Assembly (NCBI GenBank): GCA_030065265.1
Contig: JASJCW010000006.1
Coordinates: 1,820-65,819 of the forward strand
Reading direction: 5' to 3'
From: Prochloraceae cyanobacterium
GTDB lineage: Bacteria; Cyanobacteriota; Cyanobacteriia; Cyanobacteriales; JASJDA01
DNA: 64,000 nt
Part shown: piece after piece, positions 15,975 through 24,506 of the stretch
Layout: each line of letters opens with the position of its first letter
Numbering within the stretch: position 1 is the stretch's first letter
The notes under the pieces: generated by a model
Seen by the model: the letters and a program-made list of their open reading frames with translations, nothing else
Told to the model about the DNA's origin: nothing
Databases searched by the model: none
Made by a program: the position numbers and the translations under genes

Positions 15975-16588
15975 AAATTTTTATCGACACCGAATTTATC
16001 GAAGACGGGAAGACGATCGACCTAATATCTATTGGCATGATTAATGAAGATGGCGAGGAATATTACGCTATCAATTTAGATTGTAAATTTGATCGCGCTA
16101 ATGATTGGGTTAAAGAAAATGTTTTCCCTCCCATTGGCATAAAATTAGAAAAAGAGTTTAATTACATTAAATTCCCTAAAGAAAAAACATTATTAGATTA
16201 TTATAAAAATAAACCAGTAATAGCTAAAGAAGTAGAGCTATTTTTAAGAGGAAATAATGGAGATCGAGATATTGAAATATGGTGCGATTACGGTCATTAT
16301 GACTATGTAGTCATATGCCAGTTATACGGAAAAATGATTAACTTGCCTAATATTTTCCCGTACTACTTTAACGACATTCAAAGTTTAGCCAGGCAATTAT
16401 CTAGAATTAAAAACTATCAAGTATTGCTAAATTCTATTTTACCTGAAGATTTAGAAATTGATGGAAATCATAACGCTCTTTTAGGTGCTAAAAGTTGCAA
16501 GTTAAGATATGAATATTTAGAAACTATGCTTACTAGTATCCAAAATGTTTTGTCTGACGAAAGAATCGATTTACCAAAATTTAGTTAG
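15971..16588 (+). CDS. DEDD 3'-5' exo(ribo)nuclease, Rv2179c-like
   Basis: MKIFIDTEFIEDGKTIDLISIGMINEDGEEYYAI (DxE motif), YGHYDYVVICQLYG, GNHNALLGAKS. The layout matches the Rv2179c-like exoribonuclease family as I remember it. Confidence 0.7.
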   Translation: MKIFIDTEFIEDGKTIDLISIGMINEDGEEYYAINLDCKFDRANDWVKENVFPPIGIKLEKEFNYIKFPKEKTLLDYYKNKPVIAKEVELFLRGNNGDRDIEIWCDYGHYDYVVICQLYGKMINLPNIFPYYFNDIQSLARQLSRIKNYQVLLNSILPEDLEIDGNHNALLGAKSCKLRYEYLETMLTSIQNVLSDERIDLPKFS

Positions 16589-17000
16589 TTGGTTGGGTGC
16601 TGATATTGGAACTTATCAGGAAAATGGCATTAGCAATAATTCCATACCCGCGATCGCCATACTCCCAGATCCTAACTTTGGCTACGACTACCCGCCAGAT
16701 TCTTATCGAGCGATCGGCATTGAAATTGTAGTTAGAGAGACTATGCCCAAACATACCCCTTTACTCAATCAGCAAGCGATCGAGGAAGAAATATGGGAGA
16801 TATATCTAAAAAACTGGGAAGAAACTATAGAAGACGCTAAAGGGGAATTAAAACTCTTGAATATGGGCAAAACTTTAGCTCTCAATCTCACTCGCAACGG
16901 CGTCTTATTTAGTAATTCTGACGTAATCCCAGGCAATGAAGAGCTAAACTTGAGACCGCAAATAAAATTCGTACTAAGACAACCTGGCAGCATTAACTAA
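16545..17000 (+). CDS. hypothetical protein (start uncertain; TTG at 16593 would avoid the overlap)
   Basis: 151-aa track ORF overlapping the previous gene by 44 nt. Confidence 0.5.
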   Translation: MFCLTKESIYQNLVSWLGADIGTYQENGISNNSIPAIAILPDPNFGYDYPPDSYRAIGIEIVVRETMPKHTPLLNQQAIEEEIWEIYLKNWEETIEDAKGELKLLNMGKTLALNLTRNGVLFSNSDVIPGNEELNLRPQIKFVLRQPGSIN

Positions 17001-17040
17001 AGTGTAATACATTTAAGTTAAAGAGATTTAAGTGTATGCT

Positions 17041-17328
17041 ATGCCTTCAAAAAGACCTAATCGAAAAGTATTTACTATCAGAACAGATGAAAAAACCCCA
17101 GAACTTCTTAAACAGCAAGCTTTTCAGAAAGGATATGTTTACGGCAATCAAGGAGCAACAGGAGATTATTTAGACGCGATCGCTTCTGAAAAATACATAG
17201 TGATTGAAAAAGAAATCTGGCAAAGTGTATTGCAGTTGTGTGAAAAAGTGAGTATAATGAAGATGTCGGAAGCAAAAAAGCCTCCGACGAACCTAGATAA
17301 TCAAAAAGGAGGTGAAAGCCTTGGTTAA
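17041..17328 (+). CDS. hypothetical protein
   Basis: Track ORF 17032..17328. The ATG at 17041 (MPSKRPN...) is preferred. Confidence 0.45.
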   Translation: MPSKRPNRKVFTIRTDEKTPELLKQQAFQKGYVYGNQGATGDYLDAIASEKYIVIEKEIWQSVLQLCEKVSIMKMSEAKKPPTNLDNQKGGESLG

Positions 17329-17530
17329 CGGAAAAGGGAACGGACACGGTGACTATAACCCCTCGAAAGAATACGAGTATCTCGATGCTGACGTGTGGAT
17401 CGAGAAAAACTCAGAAACTGGAGAGAAAGGTGTCGCTTACACGGAAGATGTCGAAAAAGACATTAACCAAACTGATTCTGAGGACGATTCAGATTCAGAC
17501 TCCGAAACCAAGCCAAATAACCAAAACTAA
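17312..17530 (+). CDS. small acidic protein (72 aa)
   Basis: GTG start. C-terminus DSEDDSDSDSETK. Preferred over the overlapping basic low-complexity ORF 17349..17537. Confidence 0.4.
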   Translation: MKALVNGKGNGHGDYNPSKEYEYLDADVWIEKNSETGEKGVAYTEDVEKDINQTDSEDDSDSDSETKPNNQN

Positions 17531-17607
17531 CAACTAACTAGATTATAACCCCCTCCCTAGGGGGTTTCTTCTCAATATGATCGAATGCTGAATTAGGAGC
17601 CGAAAAA

Positions 17608-17916
17608 ATGAAAATTGTACATCCTTTGCACTATCAAATTATTGAACGCGAAGGCACTACTTGGTTTTTTAAAGAAGCTGGTAATATTCTTTACAATCAT
17701 TACGATCGACCAGTCGAATTGTCTAATATTGAAGAAAAATTTAATTTGACTAAAAGCAAAATTGTAATAGAGCTTTTTCGTATTAATGGAGGGCGCTCGG
17801 GATTTTATCTGGTAAATATGCGCGATCGTAAATACTACTATTGTGGCAAAGATTGGGATAGTGTAAAAGAAAAGTTTCTGGATCTTGGTATTGGGAGAAG
17901 AGATCCGATTGGCTGA
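17608..17916 (+). CDS. hypothetical protein (102 aa)
   Basis: ORF from the track, preceded by AGGAG (aattaggagccgaaaaaATG). Confidence 0.6.
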   Translation: MKIVHPLHYQIIEREGTTWFFKEAGNILYNHYDRPVELSNIEEKFNLTKSKIVIELFRINGGRSGFYLVNMRDRKYYYCGKDWDSVKEKFLDLGIGRRDPIG

Positions 17917-17920
17917 TTTT

Positions 17921-17946
17921 AATTGGCGGTTATTTAACCGCCAATT
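17921..17946. terminator. bidirectional hairpin between convergent genes
   Basis: aattggcggtt-attt-aaccgccaatt, an 11-bp perfect stem between the ends of 17608..17916 (+) and 17949..19874 (-). Confidence 0.6.
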
Positions 17947-17948
17947 AA

Positions 17949-19874
17949 TTATTTGAAAATATCTTGATAAGATATATTTGCATCTTCATAGACTATTGCT
18001 TGATTAGCTAACATTCTTATTTCCTGAACTTTTCTAAGCAAAACTGTCAATTCAGCAGGACTTGAGATTATATCCGCTAAAGATACAGCGAATTCAGCAC
18101 AATATTTATTGACATCTTCGTGTTTTTTCTGCCTTTCTTTATTTACAGGTGGATGATAAGAAAAAAGGTTTTTTAATTTTTCTTTGTTCACGATCTTTCT
18201 ATCTCTAGTCAATCTTTGCAATAAATTATAGCACTGTTGGACTTCCACTGAAGAAATATTTAAACAGGATTCTATTTCGCGATCGCTGGCATCTTCTAAT
18301 TTTAAAGCTACGAACAGTTCTAAACGATCGACAATTTCTTTTGAGTAAACTTTACTGGCACGATCGAGAAGTAGTTCTATTTCGGTTTGAGCTTGATTTG
18401 AAGTTTCTTCAGTTGGATTATGCTTTGCCCATTCTGGAAGATAAGAAGTATTTTTGACATTTGAATTGTCTATTTTATACTTTCTAAGAAAATGTAATAA
18501 TTTTATATTTACCCAAGATATTTTGCTTAAAGTTCCATTTTCTTTTTTGCCAATTTCAATATAAATATTCAAAGTCTGATAAATATGAGCGTACAGATCG
18601 GATATTTCAATTTTAGTTTTAGGTTCGTAATCTAAAGGCAAGCAAGAATCTTTTAAATATTTTTCCCTAGCCTTTTCTATAAAGAAAATAGCGAATTCTT
18701 GAGAGTAATTATCTACTAAAACTAAATCATTGTTTGTTATGGCAACAAGTCTTCGATAAACTTTATGTTTGATTGCATTGACGATTTTATTAAATATTAA
18801 ACTAGTATTTAATTGATAAACATATTGAATATTTTTTAAAAACTTATCTCGCCAAAATTCTATTAATGCCGATCGCGGCGTTACTTCTTGTTGTTTAGCT
18901 TTTTGTTTTTCTTGCTTTCTAAAAGCGATTAAGGTAATTTCAACTGACAATCTAGCTGCTACTTTTAGACAAGATTGTTTTTTATATCCATCTAATTCTC
19001 TGAGATTGCAGTAAAAATAATGAATTAGTTCTGCTACGATCGCATTAAATTCTTCAACTAAATCTCGCGGACACCAATAAACAGGGTAATCAAATTCAAA
19101 AAAATTCATTCCATTTTTGATAGGGGTATCTCTTTTAGCACATTTACGAATGGCAGTTGAAGATATATTTAAAGCTGTTCCTGCTTTTACTGCGTCTTTA
19201 TAGTATTCTTTGCGATCGAGCCTTACCAAAGGTATAGGTCTACCAACAGTTCGCTGTTTTACTTGATTTAGTTTGTATACTTTACTGGCTATTTCAGGTT
19301 TCAAACATTTGCATAAGTTCTTTTTTTCTATGCCCCAAAATTCTTCTGGATTAGTTAAAGCGAATTGATTTAAAGCTTTTTTAGTTATTAAATAGCGCGT
19401 TATTTTATTTGGTTTAATTTCCTTAAATTTTAACCCTTTTTCTTTCCATCTAAGTATCCTGGTTTTATGCTTTAAACCAAACGTTCTCATGAGATCGTGA
19501 ACGCACCAATTGTCTTTTGAAACTTTAATTTTTTTATTGGTTTTAGAGTATTCAAGTTTAACATAATTGTTTTTAAGCTCTGGAACTGTTTTAACAAGAA
19601 AACGAATTTTATGAATGATCTGAGACGATGTTTTTTGATACCATCCTTTTTTTTTAGCTATATTATTCCACTGTTCGATAATAATAAAAAGTGGTTGAGT
19701 CTGAATTAATTTTGTTAATTTTTGCTCTTCTTCTTTTGACCAAATAGCTCCAGGATTTCTGGTCTTAACAATTAGTTTCGCTCTACATTCAGGAGAGCAA
19801 GATTTTCTTTTTTTATATTTAGGCTGTTGAAATTCTTTGCCGCAAAATTCGCAAATACTTTTCTCTTTAAGCAA
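17949..19874 (-). CDS. large multi-domain DNA-binding protein (Zn-ribbon-like N-terminus, SANT/Myb-like WSKEEEQKL, NUMOD1-like HTH, sigma70 region-4-like HTH)
   Basis: 641 aa. CEFCGKEF...CSPEC. AGTALNISSTAIRKCAKR. LEDASDREIESCLNISSVEVQQCYNLLQRL. Domain calls are from pattern recognition only. Confidence 0.6.
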   Translation of the reverse strand: MLKEKSICEFCGKEFQQPKYKKRKSCSPECRAKLIVKTRNPGAIWSKEEEQKLTKLIQTQPLFIIIEQWNNIAKKKGWYQKTSSQIIHKIRFLVKTVPELKNNYVKLEYSKTNKKIKVSKDNWCVHDLMRTFGLKHKTRILRWKEKGLKFKEIKPNKITRYLITKKALNQFALTNPEEFWGIEKKNLCKCLKPEIASKVYKLNQVKQRTVGRPIPLVRLDRKEYYKDAVKAGTALNISSTAIRKCAKRDTPIKNGMNFFEFDYPVYWCPRDLVEEFNAIVAELIHYFYCNLRELDGYKKQSCLKVAARLSVEITLIAFRKQEKQKAKQQEVTPRSALIEFWRDKFLKNIQYVYQLNTSLIFNKIVNAIKHKVYRRLVAITNNDLVLVDNYSQEFAIFFIEKAREKYLKDSCLPLDYEPKTKIEISDLYAHIYQTLNIYIEIGKKENGTLSKISWVNIKLLHFLRKYKIDNSNVKNTSYLPEWAKHNPTEETSNQAQTEIELLLDRASKVYSKEIVDRLELFVALKLEDASDREIESCLNISSVEVQQCYNLLQRLTRDRKIVNKEKLKNLFSYHPPVNKERQKKHEDVNKYCAEFAVSLADIISSPAELTVLLRKVQEIRMLANQAIVYEDANISYQDIFK

Positions 19875-20367
19875 ATCTCAAGATTTTTTCAATAAACTTA
19901 AATTTAGTTCCCTTCGAGACGATCGTCTCGCTATTAAATGTGATTGTACCACCAGCAGGTAATAAATCGTTAATTATACCCGATCGCTCGCTATACGGCT
20001 GATTTATTGGCTCGTGGATGGGGTTCATATAGTCTCTAACCACTATAGGTTTATAAACTGTTGGATCTTGCTGAGCGATCGCTACCAGTTGAGATAATAC
20101 CTCGTAAATAACAAATCGTCCGTCATTAGTGGTTATTTGGAACCCATAGCGTCTGGGAGTAGTGCGAACGAAAAAATTAGCAGCGCCTTGTATTGGCTGA
20201 TTGGCGTTCCCTTCCCATATCGGAGAGTAACCGCCAAAGTCATTAAAAGGAACTCGCAAAAAATTTTGACCGCTATCAACAGTAAATAAGTCAGCAGTAG
20301 TAGCGTTACTGTAAATAGTTGCCAGATTAGCTGCGATCGGGAATAGAAGATGGTTAAATTTACCCAT
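19867..20367 (-). CDS. hypothetical protein (166 aa)
   Basis: ORF from the track. Overlaps the next gene by 8 nt. Confidence 0.6.
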   Translation of the reverse strand: MGKFNHLLFPIAANLATIYSNATTADLFTVDSGQNFLRVPFNDFGGYSPIWEGNANQPIQGAANFFVRTTPRRYGFQITTNDGRFVIYEVLSQLVAIAQQDPTVYKPIVVRDYMNPIHEPINQPYSERSGIINDLLPAGGTITFNSETIVSKGTKFKFIEKILRFA

Positions 20368-20370
20368 AAT

Positions 20371-20667
20371 TCAATCAGCGCGATCTATTTCCTGATAGAA
20401 GTCAAAAGACCACTGACTCTCAAAGTCGTCTTCTATTGTATACTCTCTTTCGTCTACATCTATATACTTGAAAATTTCCGATTCTACAACAGTTATGTAA
20501 AACATCCTATCTTCTTTAGAATATTCGCGATCGCTCGTCAGTATCTCCCACTTCAAGCATTCGGTAACTTCATAGCAATCGTCGTCGTGCTCGGCGAAAT
20601 AGTCCGATATACTCGGTATGCGATCCGTGTAATAGTTCTCAACTAAGCTGCTGACATAATCCAACAC
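20371..20667 (-). CDS. strongly acidic small protein (98 aa)
   Basis: By my count 15 D and 14 E versus 8 K/R. No recognised motif. Confidence 0.55.
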   Translation of the reverse strand: MLDYVSSLVENYYTDRIPSISDYFAEHDDDCYEVTECLKWEILTSDREYSKEDRMFYITVVESEIFKYIDVDEREYTIEDDFESQWSFDFYQEIDRAD

Positions 20668-20804
20668 TAACTCGTCACTGCAGATATCACCATCTATAAG
20701 ATCGAAATTTTCAAGCTCTCTATCGGAGTCTAAAAACCTTAAAAACTTGATTAAACTGCAATATTTACTTAATTCCTTAGAGTTAAAGCTGAAGTTATTT
20801 GTTG

Positions 20805-21683
20805 TTAAAAAAAAAGTTCCTCTTCATCTTCTAGAACTTCTCTTATCTCAGGTTTTTTATTGGTGTAATTCTCGTAGTTTTCAGTCAAGTCTGACTTTAA
20901 CCATTCTTGATAAGATTGAGATTTAACTACTCTACAATCATGTAGATTCATCTCGACAGCCGCAGTTATTTTGTTAGCGTTATTTTTACGCTGCCAACTA
21001 AATAAAGGGAAAACAAAATTGATTTCTTTGAGAACATTAAAAAAATCTACGCGTTCTCTCAAAACTATTTCTATATATATGTTTTTTCTTTTTAATTCAA
21101 GTTGCCAAGAAGGAAAACAAGCGCGAGTTATATTGACATCGCATTTCAACGTTTCAGCCATTCTCTTAACTAATTTCAAGCAAGCGTTAGCATCTCCTTT
21201 AGCTTTATGATTCCCAGATGGGAGCTTTTTCCAAGTGTAGTTACAGTAATAATCGTGCCACTGTCCGTAATATTCAGCATACTTGAACATTGCACATTCA
21301 AAGTTAAACTTTATTTCTGGCAATTCGTGAAGCCAGCACATATAAGCAAGTTTGTTAACGTCAAAACCAGAATTATAAATTATTACCTTTTTCCCCTCTA
21401 TCGCTCTTTTAATCTCTTCATATACTTCAGGAAAACTAGGAGCATTCTTTAGTTGTTTTTCGTCAATGCCGTGACATTTATAAGCTCCTTCAGAAATAGG
21501 ACAACTAGGCTTGATGTAAGTATCTATTAAGGTAGTTCCCCACTTGTCAATTACAGAAATTTCTATAATCTGATCCGTACTCTCTAACCCTGTTGTTTCA
21601 CTATCCAATATTAAGAAATGTTCATTGTCTATTAAGTTTTTTTGCCCATAAGTGAGCGTTGTATTTATCTCTAAAATAATCAA
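20805..21683 (-). CDS. DnaQ-like DEDDh 3'-5' exonuclease with an extra C-terminal domain
   Basis: ExoI FLILDSETTGL, ExoII IIYNSGFDVNKL, ExoIII HKAKGDANA. Confidence 0.8.
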   Translation of the reverse strand: MIILEINTTLTYGQKNLIDNEHFLILDSETTGLESTDQIIEISVIDKWGTTLIDTYIKPSCPISEGAYKCHGIDEKQLKNAPSFPEVYEEIKRAIEGKKVIIYNSGFDVNKLAYMCWLHELPEIKFNFECAMFKYAEYYGQWHDYYCNYTWKKLPSGNHKAKGDANACLKLVKRMAETLKCDVNITRACFPSWQLELKRKNIYIEIVLRERVDFFNVLKEINFVFPLFSWQRKNNANKITAAVEMNLHDCRVVKSQSYQEWLKSDLTENYENYTNKKPEIREVLEDEEELFF

Positions 21684-21734
21684 AAATCATGGGTCAACCT
21701 AAATTAATGTATTTTATATTAGTATAGTACTTTA

Positions 21735-21980
21735 TTGTTAGCTTGTATGAGTAAAATAATAATAATAAATCGTTCTAAAAGACTCTCATTAGAAGGTAGG
21801 ATATTGGAATGTTTATTCAAAAATCCTTCTGGACTGACAGCTAAGCAGATTGCGAATTTTCTCAACCGTCCTGTATCTTCAATAAATATATGTTTAAAAA
21901 ACTTAATATCTTACAAGCAAGTAAGCAGAAAAAGGAATGATTTAAATGAATCAGTGTTCCTAGGGACACCGATTAAATAG
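21735..21980 (+). CDS. winged-helix (MarR/ArsR-like) small DNA-binding protein
   Basis: LTAKQIANFLNRPVSSINICLKNLISYKQV. The last codons (NESVFLGTPIK*) are encoded by palindrome copy 4. Confidence 0.5.
   Translation: MLACMSKIIIINRSKRLSLEGRILECLFKNPSGLTAKQIANFLNRPVSSINICLKNLISYKQVSRKRNDLNESVFLGTPIK
21949..21974. repeat. Dispersed 26-bp palindrome, copy 4 of 8 (aatcagtgttcctagggacaccgatt)
   Basis: Lies where the convergent genes 21735..21980 (+) and 21973..22434 (-) end. Confidence 0.85.
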
Positions 21981-22434
21981 CTCTGGCATAGAGATCTAAA
22001 AAATGTTCTGGACAAGACACTGTCTTATTAGAAACGCGATCGTAAGGTATCTTGTCAATTACGAGGTAATCGGCAATTTTGACATTGTAGTTTTTAGTGA
22101 TAAAAGCTGAGGTAATGCCTAACCTCCTATAAGCAATCTCGAACAATAAATAGATAGTACAAATCTGAACTGATTTGAGATCTAGATCGCCAGAACCTAA
22201 AAGAATAGAACAGCAGACGAAAAGACCGTCAGAATTGTAGAATTTTTTTTTTTCTATTTTAAAATGCATTGCAAAAAGCCTAGATTCATAAAAATCGTCA
22301 TTTGAATCAATGGCATATCCTCGATCTAGAGTTAACCCAACCCAATTACAGAGATGATTTTTTAAATCTTCAATAGTGCGATCGTAGCGAAAAAATAATG
22401 ACAGTGGCGGTTCGATAAAATTGTGTCTAGTCAT
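21973..22434 (-). CDS. hypothetical protein (153 aa)
   Basis: ORF from the track. 4-nt overlap with the upstream 62-aa ORF. Confidence 0.55.
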   Translation of the reverse strand: MTRHNFIEPPLSLFFRYDRTIEDLKNHLCNWVGLTLDRGYAIDSNDDFYESRLFAMHFKIEKKKFYNSDGLFVCCSILLGSGDLDLKSVQICTIYLLFEIAYRRLGITSAFITKNYNVKIADYLVIDKIPYDRVSNKTVSCPEHFLDLYARAI

Positions 22435-22619
22435 TTCCGTGCTTTACGTTGTTTTAATTTGTTTCTAATATTTTTCTGTGATTTAGTTATTACAATTTCA
22501 GAATTAAGTAAAGCTTCTAATTCTGGAATCTCAACCGATCTAATACTTTCTATATCTTCGTCTGTAATTCTGGCTGCTGATTCTATTAAAGATTGAGACA
22601 GAGAGTTATTGCTTATCAT
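22431..22619 (-). CDS. hypothetical small protein (62 aa)
   Basis: ORF from the track. Basic C-terminus. Confidence 0.45.
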   Translation of the reverse strand: MISNNSLSQSLIESAARITDEDIESIRSVEIPELEALLNSEIVITKSQKNIRNKLKQRKARK

Positions 22620-22663
22620 GTTAAGATTCTATTGATTAGACGAGATGTATTAATTATTGTACT

Positions 22664-23185
22664 ATGGCATTTTTCACAGATGTCTTTTCGGTTCCGACGC
22701 TAACAGAACTTAAAGCGATTGCCTCTACTGGCAGACGAGATCGTATGAATGTTTTAGTCGCTGAGCCAGCAACGGGTTATATTGGAGCAACTTACAGTTA
22801 CAGACAAAATGCTACTCTAACGGAACTATTGCCCATAATTGCCGTCCCAAATGACACTCAAGGTGCTTGGGTATCGAACAATCCTATATATGCTGATACT
22901 GCTATCCCTTCAGCAGCACCGCCATTAATAGGGATTATTTGGGTGGCTACACTTACCAGTCCCGATCGCGTGGTCACTTTTCGTTCTGTGGGAACTAGTG
23001 CTGATACTGATTGGATTCCAGTTAACAACAATGCGGTTGTAGATAGCGCGACACCTTCTCACAGTGCTGATTTTATCGGGCAAATTTTCTATGACAATAG
23101 CGCTGATGAATTTCATCTGGCAACTGATACTTTCGGAACTTGGCAATTAATAGGGAGCAGTACTGGCGGTGGTACAGGATATTAA
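22664..23185 (+). CDS. hypothetical protein (173 aa), possibly structural
   Basis: ORF from the track. Gly-rich C-terminus GSSTGGGTGY. Confidence 0.55.
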   Translation: MAFFTDVFSVPTLTELKAIASTGRRDRMNVLVAEPATGYIGATYSYRQNATLTELLPIIAVPNDTQGAWVSNNPIYADTAIPSAAPPLIGIIWVATLTSPDRVVTFRSVGTSADTDWIPVNNNAVVDSATPSHSADFIGQIFYDNSADEFHLATDTFGTWQLIGSSTGGGTGY

Positions 23186-24506
23186 AATTAGTGTAATCAC
23201 GACTTTTTATAATGCGGAAGCTTACCTGAGACAAGCAATTGAAAGCGTTTTCAATCAAGAATATACTAATTGGGAATTGGTTTTGTGGGACGACGGATCG
23301 ACTGATGGGAGCGAAGCGATCGCCAGAGAGTTTCTCAGTCAATATCCTGAAAAAATATATTTAGCCAAAGACAATACAAACAAAGGGAGAGGGAACGCTC
23401 TATACGAAGCGATCGAAGTCTCGACAGGTGAAGTTTTTTGCATTCTCGATGCTGACGATCGCTTAGGTACAAAAGCTTTAAGCTTGGTTAATAACGTGTT
23501 TATTAATAATCCTCCTAACGTCGGATGGTTGTATACCAATTATACTGAGTGCGATAAGGACGGCAATCAACTAAGGCTCGGTACTAAGAATAATATTATC
23601 TACAGCAGATTAAACGAACTTCATACAATGTGCTGTTTTCATCTGAGAGCTATTAGGCGATCGTTTTACGAGGAGACTCCTAAAGTCAATCGCACTCTTA
23701 CAGCAGCAGTTGACCACGATCTAAACCTCAAACTTTCGGAGCAAGGGAAGCCAATACACATTAAAAAAGCTGTTTACAAGTATCGGTTACACAGCAATCG
23801 TATCTCCGTAGAGAAGAAAAAAGAACAGGGAGAAACTTTTGTCGCTTGCTCTGAAGCAGCAATAAAGCGTAGAGGTTGGGAAGGTAGATATTATCTCTCT
23901 CACACTGAAGATTACAGCAGTATTCAGCTATGCGAGAAAAAGTATCTTAGGGAACCTTTGCCACAAAAAGTATTCTGTGTTGGTTTAGGTCGGACGGGAA
24001 CGCGATCGCTTACTAGAGCTATTCAGATGCTAGGCTACAACACAGTTAAGAATCCTCGCGATTTAAACGTACTTCAATATTTTGATGCTGCTTCAGACGT
24101 GCTGATAGCTGCTAGCTACCAGCAATTAGATGAGACTTATCCTAATAGTAAATTTATACTGACAGTTAGAGATATTCCCAGTTGGTTAGATTCGTGGGAG
24201 CAGCACAACACGCGATCGCTCTCTAGATTTAATAATGAGCTTCCACAATGGGTTAAAGATTTCAGGATTATGTTATACAGTCAATGGGAGTTCGATCGCA
24301 CTGTATGGCAAGCTAAATACAATCAGCATTATAACTCTGCAAGAAATTATTTCTCGGGTAACTCTAACTTTATTGTTTTTAATATTTTCGAGGACGATCG
24401 TTGGCAAAAGTTAACACAATTCTTAGCTTTAAATAGTGATTTGCCACTATCTGTAACCGAAACAAACAAAGTAACTAGTAACAAGTTTCCTGCGATTAAA
24501 AATTAA
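23169..24506 (+). CDS. bifunctional family-2 glycosyltransferase / sulfotransferase fusion
   Basis: N-terminus ISVITTFYNAEAYLRQAIESVFNQEYTNWELVLWDDGSTDGS ... ILDADD (GT2). C-terminus FCVGLGRTGTRSLTRAIQMLGY ... KFILTVRDIPSWLDSW (PAPS-binding-loop sulfotransferase pattern). Confidence 0.8.
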   Translation: MVQDIKISVITTFYNAEAYLRQAIESVFNQEYTNWELVLWDDGSTDGSEAIAREFLSQYPEKIYLAKDNTNKGRGNALYEAIEVSTGEVFCILDADDRLGTKALSLVNNVFINNPPNVGWLYTNYTECDKDGNQLRLGTKNNIIYSRLNELHTMCCFHLRAIRRSFYEETPKVNRTLTAAVDHDLNLKLSEQGKPIHIKKAVYKYRLHSNRISVEKKKEQGETFVACSEAAIKRRGWEGRYYLSHTEDYSSIQLCEKKYLREPLPQKVFCVGLGRTGTRSLTRAIQMLGYNTVKNPRDLNVLQYFDAASDVLIAASYQQLDETYPNSKFILTVRDIPSWLDSWEQHNTRSLSRFNNELPQWVKDFRIMLYSQWEFDRTVWQAKYNQHYNSARNYFSGNSNFIVFNIFEDDRWQKLTQFLALNSDLPLSVTETNKVTSNKFPAIKN

